Of a stretch of 64,000 nucleotides of DNA, positions 62,493 to 64,000 are shown one piece after another (the first letter of the stretch is position 1; every line of letters begins with the position of its first letter). Origin of the DNA: Treponemataceae bacterium. GTDB taxonomy: Bacteria; Spirochaetota; Spirochaetia; Treponematales; Rectinemataceae. The translations under genes were made by a program, and so were the position numbers. The notes under the pieces are model-generated. The model was not told where the DNA came from. It did not search any database and saw only the letters and a program-made list of their open reading frames with translations. The DNA is taken from contig CAXXGJ010000006.1 in NCBI GenBank assembly GCA_963677895.2, positions 160,001 to 224,000 of the forward strand, read 5' to 3'.

Positions 62493-63280
62493 TCCGCATT
62501 GAATCGGCGCTCGTCGCCTTTCCCCAGGGCGGCGGCGAAGACCGCGTCGTCCTGCGGGACCTGTCGCTCGGCGTTCCCCGCGGACAGACCCTATCCATCA
62601 TAGGCTCCAACGGGGCGGGCAAGAGCACCCTCCTCAACGCCATCGCCGGCACCGTGCCCCTGCGTTCTGGCTCCATCGTCGTGGACGGCCGCGACTGCAC
62701 TCGCGACCCCGAATGGATACGGGCGCGCTACGTCGGCAGGGTTCGCCAGAACCCTCTCGCGGGGACGGCCGGCGAGATGACCTTGCTAGACAACCTGGCC
62801 CTGGCTTCCCGAAAAGGCCCAAGGCGGCTAAGGCTCGCCGTCACGCCCGCTCTTTCGAGAGAGCTGGGCGAACGCGTGGCGGAGCTGGGAATGGGGCTTG
62901 AAAACCGCCTGCGCGAGAACGTCTCCCGCCTCTCCGGCGGCCAACGCCAGGCTCTCACCCTGCTCATGGCTGTGCTTTCGCGCCCCTCTGTCCTTCTTTT
63001 GGACGAGCACACGGCCGCGCTGGACCCCGCCAACGCCGAAATCGTGGCCAGCCTCACGAAACGCTTCGTCGCGGAATTCGGACTCACCGCGCTCATCGTC
63101 ACGCACGATATGAAGCGGGCGCTGGACCAGGCCGAACGCGTCGTGATGATGCACGAAGGCGGCATCGTCGCCGACGTATCGGGCGAGGAGAAATCCCGAA
63201 TGAAGGTGTCGGATCTCGTGGAACTCTTTCGCGCGGCGCGAGGCAGCGAATACGCCGAGGACAGGGATCTCCTGCACTGA
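62489..63280 (+). CDS. ABC transporter ATP-binding protein
   Basis: GSNGAGKST, LSGGQRQ, LLLDEHTAALDP. Confidence 0.93.
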   Translation: MIRIESALVAFPQGGGEDRVVLRDLSLGVPRGQTLSIIGSNGAGKSTLLNAIAGTVPLRSGSIVVDGRDCTRDPEWIRARYVGRVRQNPLAGTAGEMTLLDNLALASRKGPRRLRLAVTPALSRELGERVAELGMGLENRLRENVSRLSGGQRQALTLLMAVLSRPSVLLLDEHTAALDPANAEIVASLTKRFVAEFGLTALIVTHDMKRALDQAERVVMMHEGGIVADVSGEEKSRMKVSDLVELFRAARGSEYAEDRDLLH

Positions 63281-63326
63281 CGATCGACGACGCGCCGGCC
63301 GCCCGAGCCGCCGCCCTTAAGCTTCT

Positions 63327-63355
63327 CGCCGGCCGCCCGCGCCGGCGTTTTTTTT
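63327..63355 (+). terminator. Rho-independent terminator
   Basis: CGCCGGC-N7-GCCGGCG followed by T8. Confidence 0.75.
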
Positions 63356-63470
63356 CGCCTCTTGACCGGGAGAGTAAAATATTTTTTTAGGTTCAAGCTT
63401 GTGCCTGGAAAATTATGCTATATAATGCAAGGGCTATTCCGAAGAAGTTATAGCAAAATGGAGGTATCCT

Positions 63471-64000
63471 ATGAGAAAAATGGCATTCCTAGCGCTGCTG
63501 ACGGCCTTGCTCGCCCTCGCCGTCCCGCAGGTTTTCGCCGCCGGAGCCGAAAAAGTGCTCACGCTCGGCGTGGATCAGGAGGTCATCGGCCTCGATCCGA
63601 ACATCGTGACATCCTTCTCCTCGCATCGACGCGTCGACCTGCTCTACAACAAGCTCGTCAGGCATAACGAAAACCTGGAAATCGTGCCGGATCTCGCCGA
63701 GGACATCGACATTCCCGACAACGTCACCTACATCTTCAACCTCCGTAAGGGCGTCAAGTTCCATAATGGACAGGAAATGACGGCCGACGACGTCGTGTTC
63801 TCTCTGAACAGGATCCTGGACACCAAGACCGCCTCGCCCGGCCGATCCTACCTCGCCACCGTCAAGTCGATCGAAAAACTCTCGGCCTATTCGGTGAAGG
63901 TCACGCTCCAGGCCCCCCTCGCTTCCTTCCTCGAAGGCCTCGCTTCCAACAACTGCGCCATCGTGTCGAAAGCGGCGGTCGAGCAGTACGGCAACCTCCA
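63471..64000 (+). CDS. Family 5 (oligopeptide/dipeptide) ABC substrate-binding protein, N-terminal part
   Basis: Not in the ORF track (runs off the end). MRKMAFLALL...GLDP...PDLAE...FNLRKGVKFHNGQEMTADDVVFS; GGAGG RBS. Confidence 0.9.
   Translation, partial: MRKMAFLALLTALLALAVPQVFAAGAEKVLTLGVDQEVIGLDPNIVTSFSSHRRVDLLYNKLVRHNENLEIVPDLAEDIDIPDNVTYIFNLRKGVKFHNGQEMTADDVVFSLNRILDTKTASPGRSYLATVKSIEKLSAYSVKVTLQAPLASFLEGLASNNCAIVSKAAVEQYGNL

Overview
This is a 64-kb bacterial chromosomal window, most likely from a GC-rich Spirochaetota member (inferred from the gene order gyrA-gyrB <- -> dnaA-dnaN-recF-dciA-rpmH-rnpA-yidD-yidC-jag). It holds the replication origin (DnaA boxes on both sides of dnaA, DnaA-trios, two perfect parS sites). 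Housekeeping genes include rnfCDGEAB, metK, tldD/E, fabD/G/F, glgX, thyX, anmK, ABC transporters and a sigma-70-family factor behind a consensus sigma-54 promoter. An AT-rich accessory island at about 7.2-13.7 kb encodes a HigB/HigA-metallopeptidase toxin-antitoxin pair, a DUF488 two-gene module, an hsdM remnant and integron-type cassettes with no integrase in the window. The standout is one intact cassette (13455->11276, minus strand, canonical attC) encoding a structured ncRNA, a SLATT membrane protein and a YVDD reverse transcriptase, resembling UG17/DRT10 anti-phage systems. Its ncRNA has a 12-bp closing stem, three abutting GNRA hairpins and two pseudo-symmetric A-B-A' segments. These predict telomerase-like tandem-repeat cDNA, (AACACCTT)n and/or (ACACCT)n. 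All family calls come from reading motifs by eye; no searches were run.
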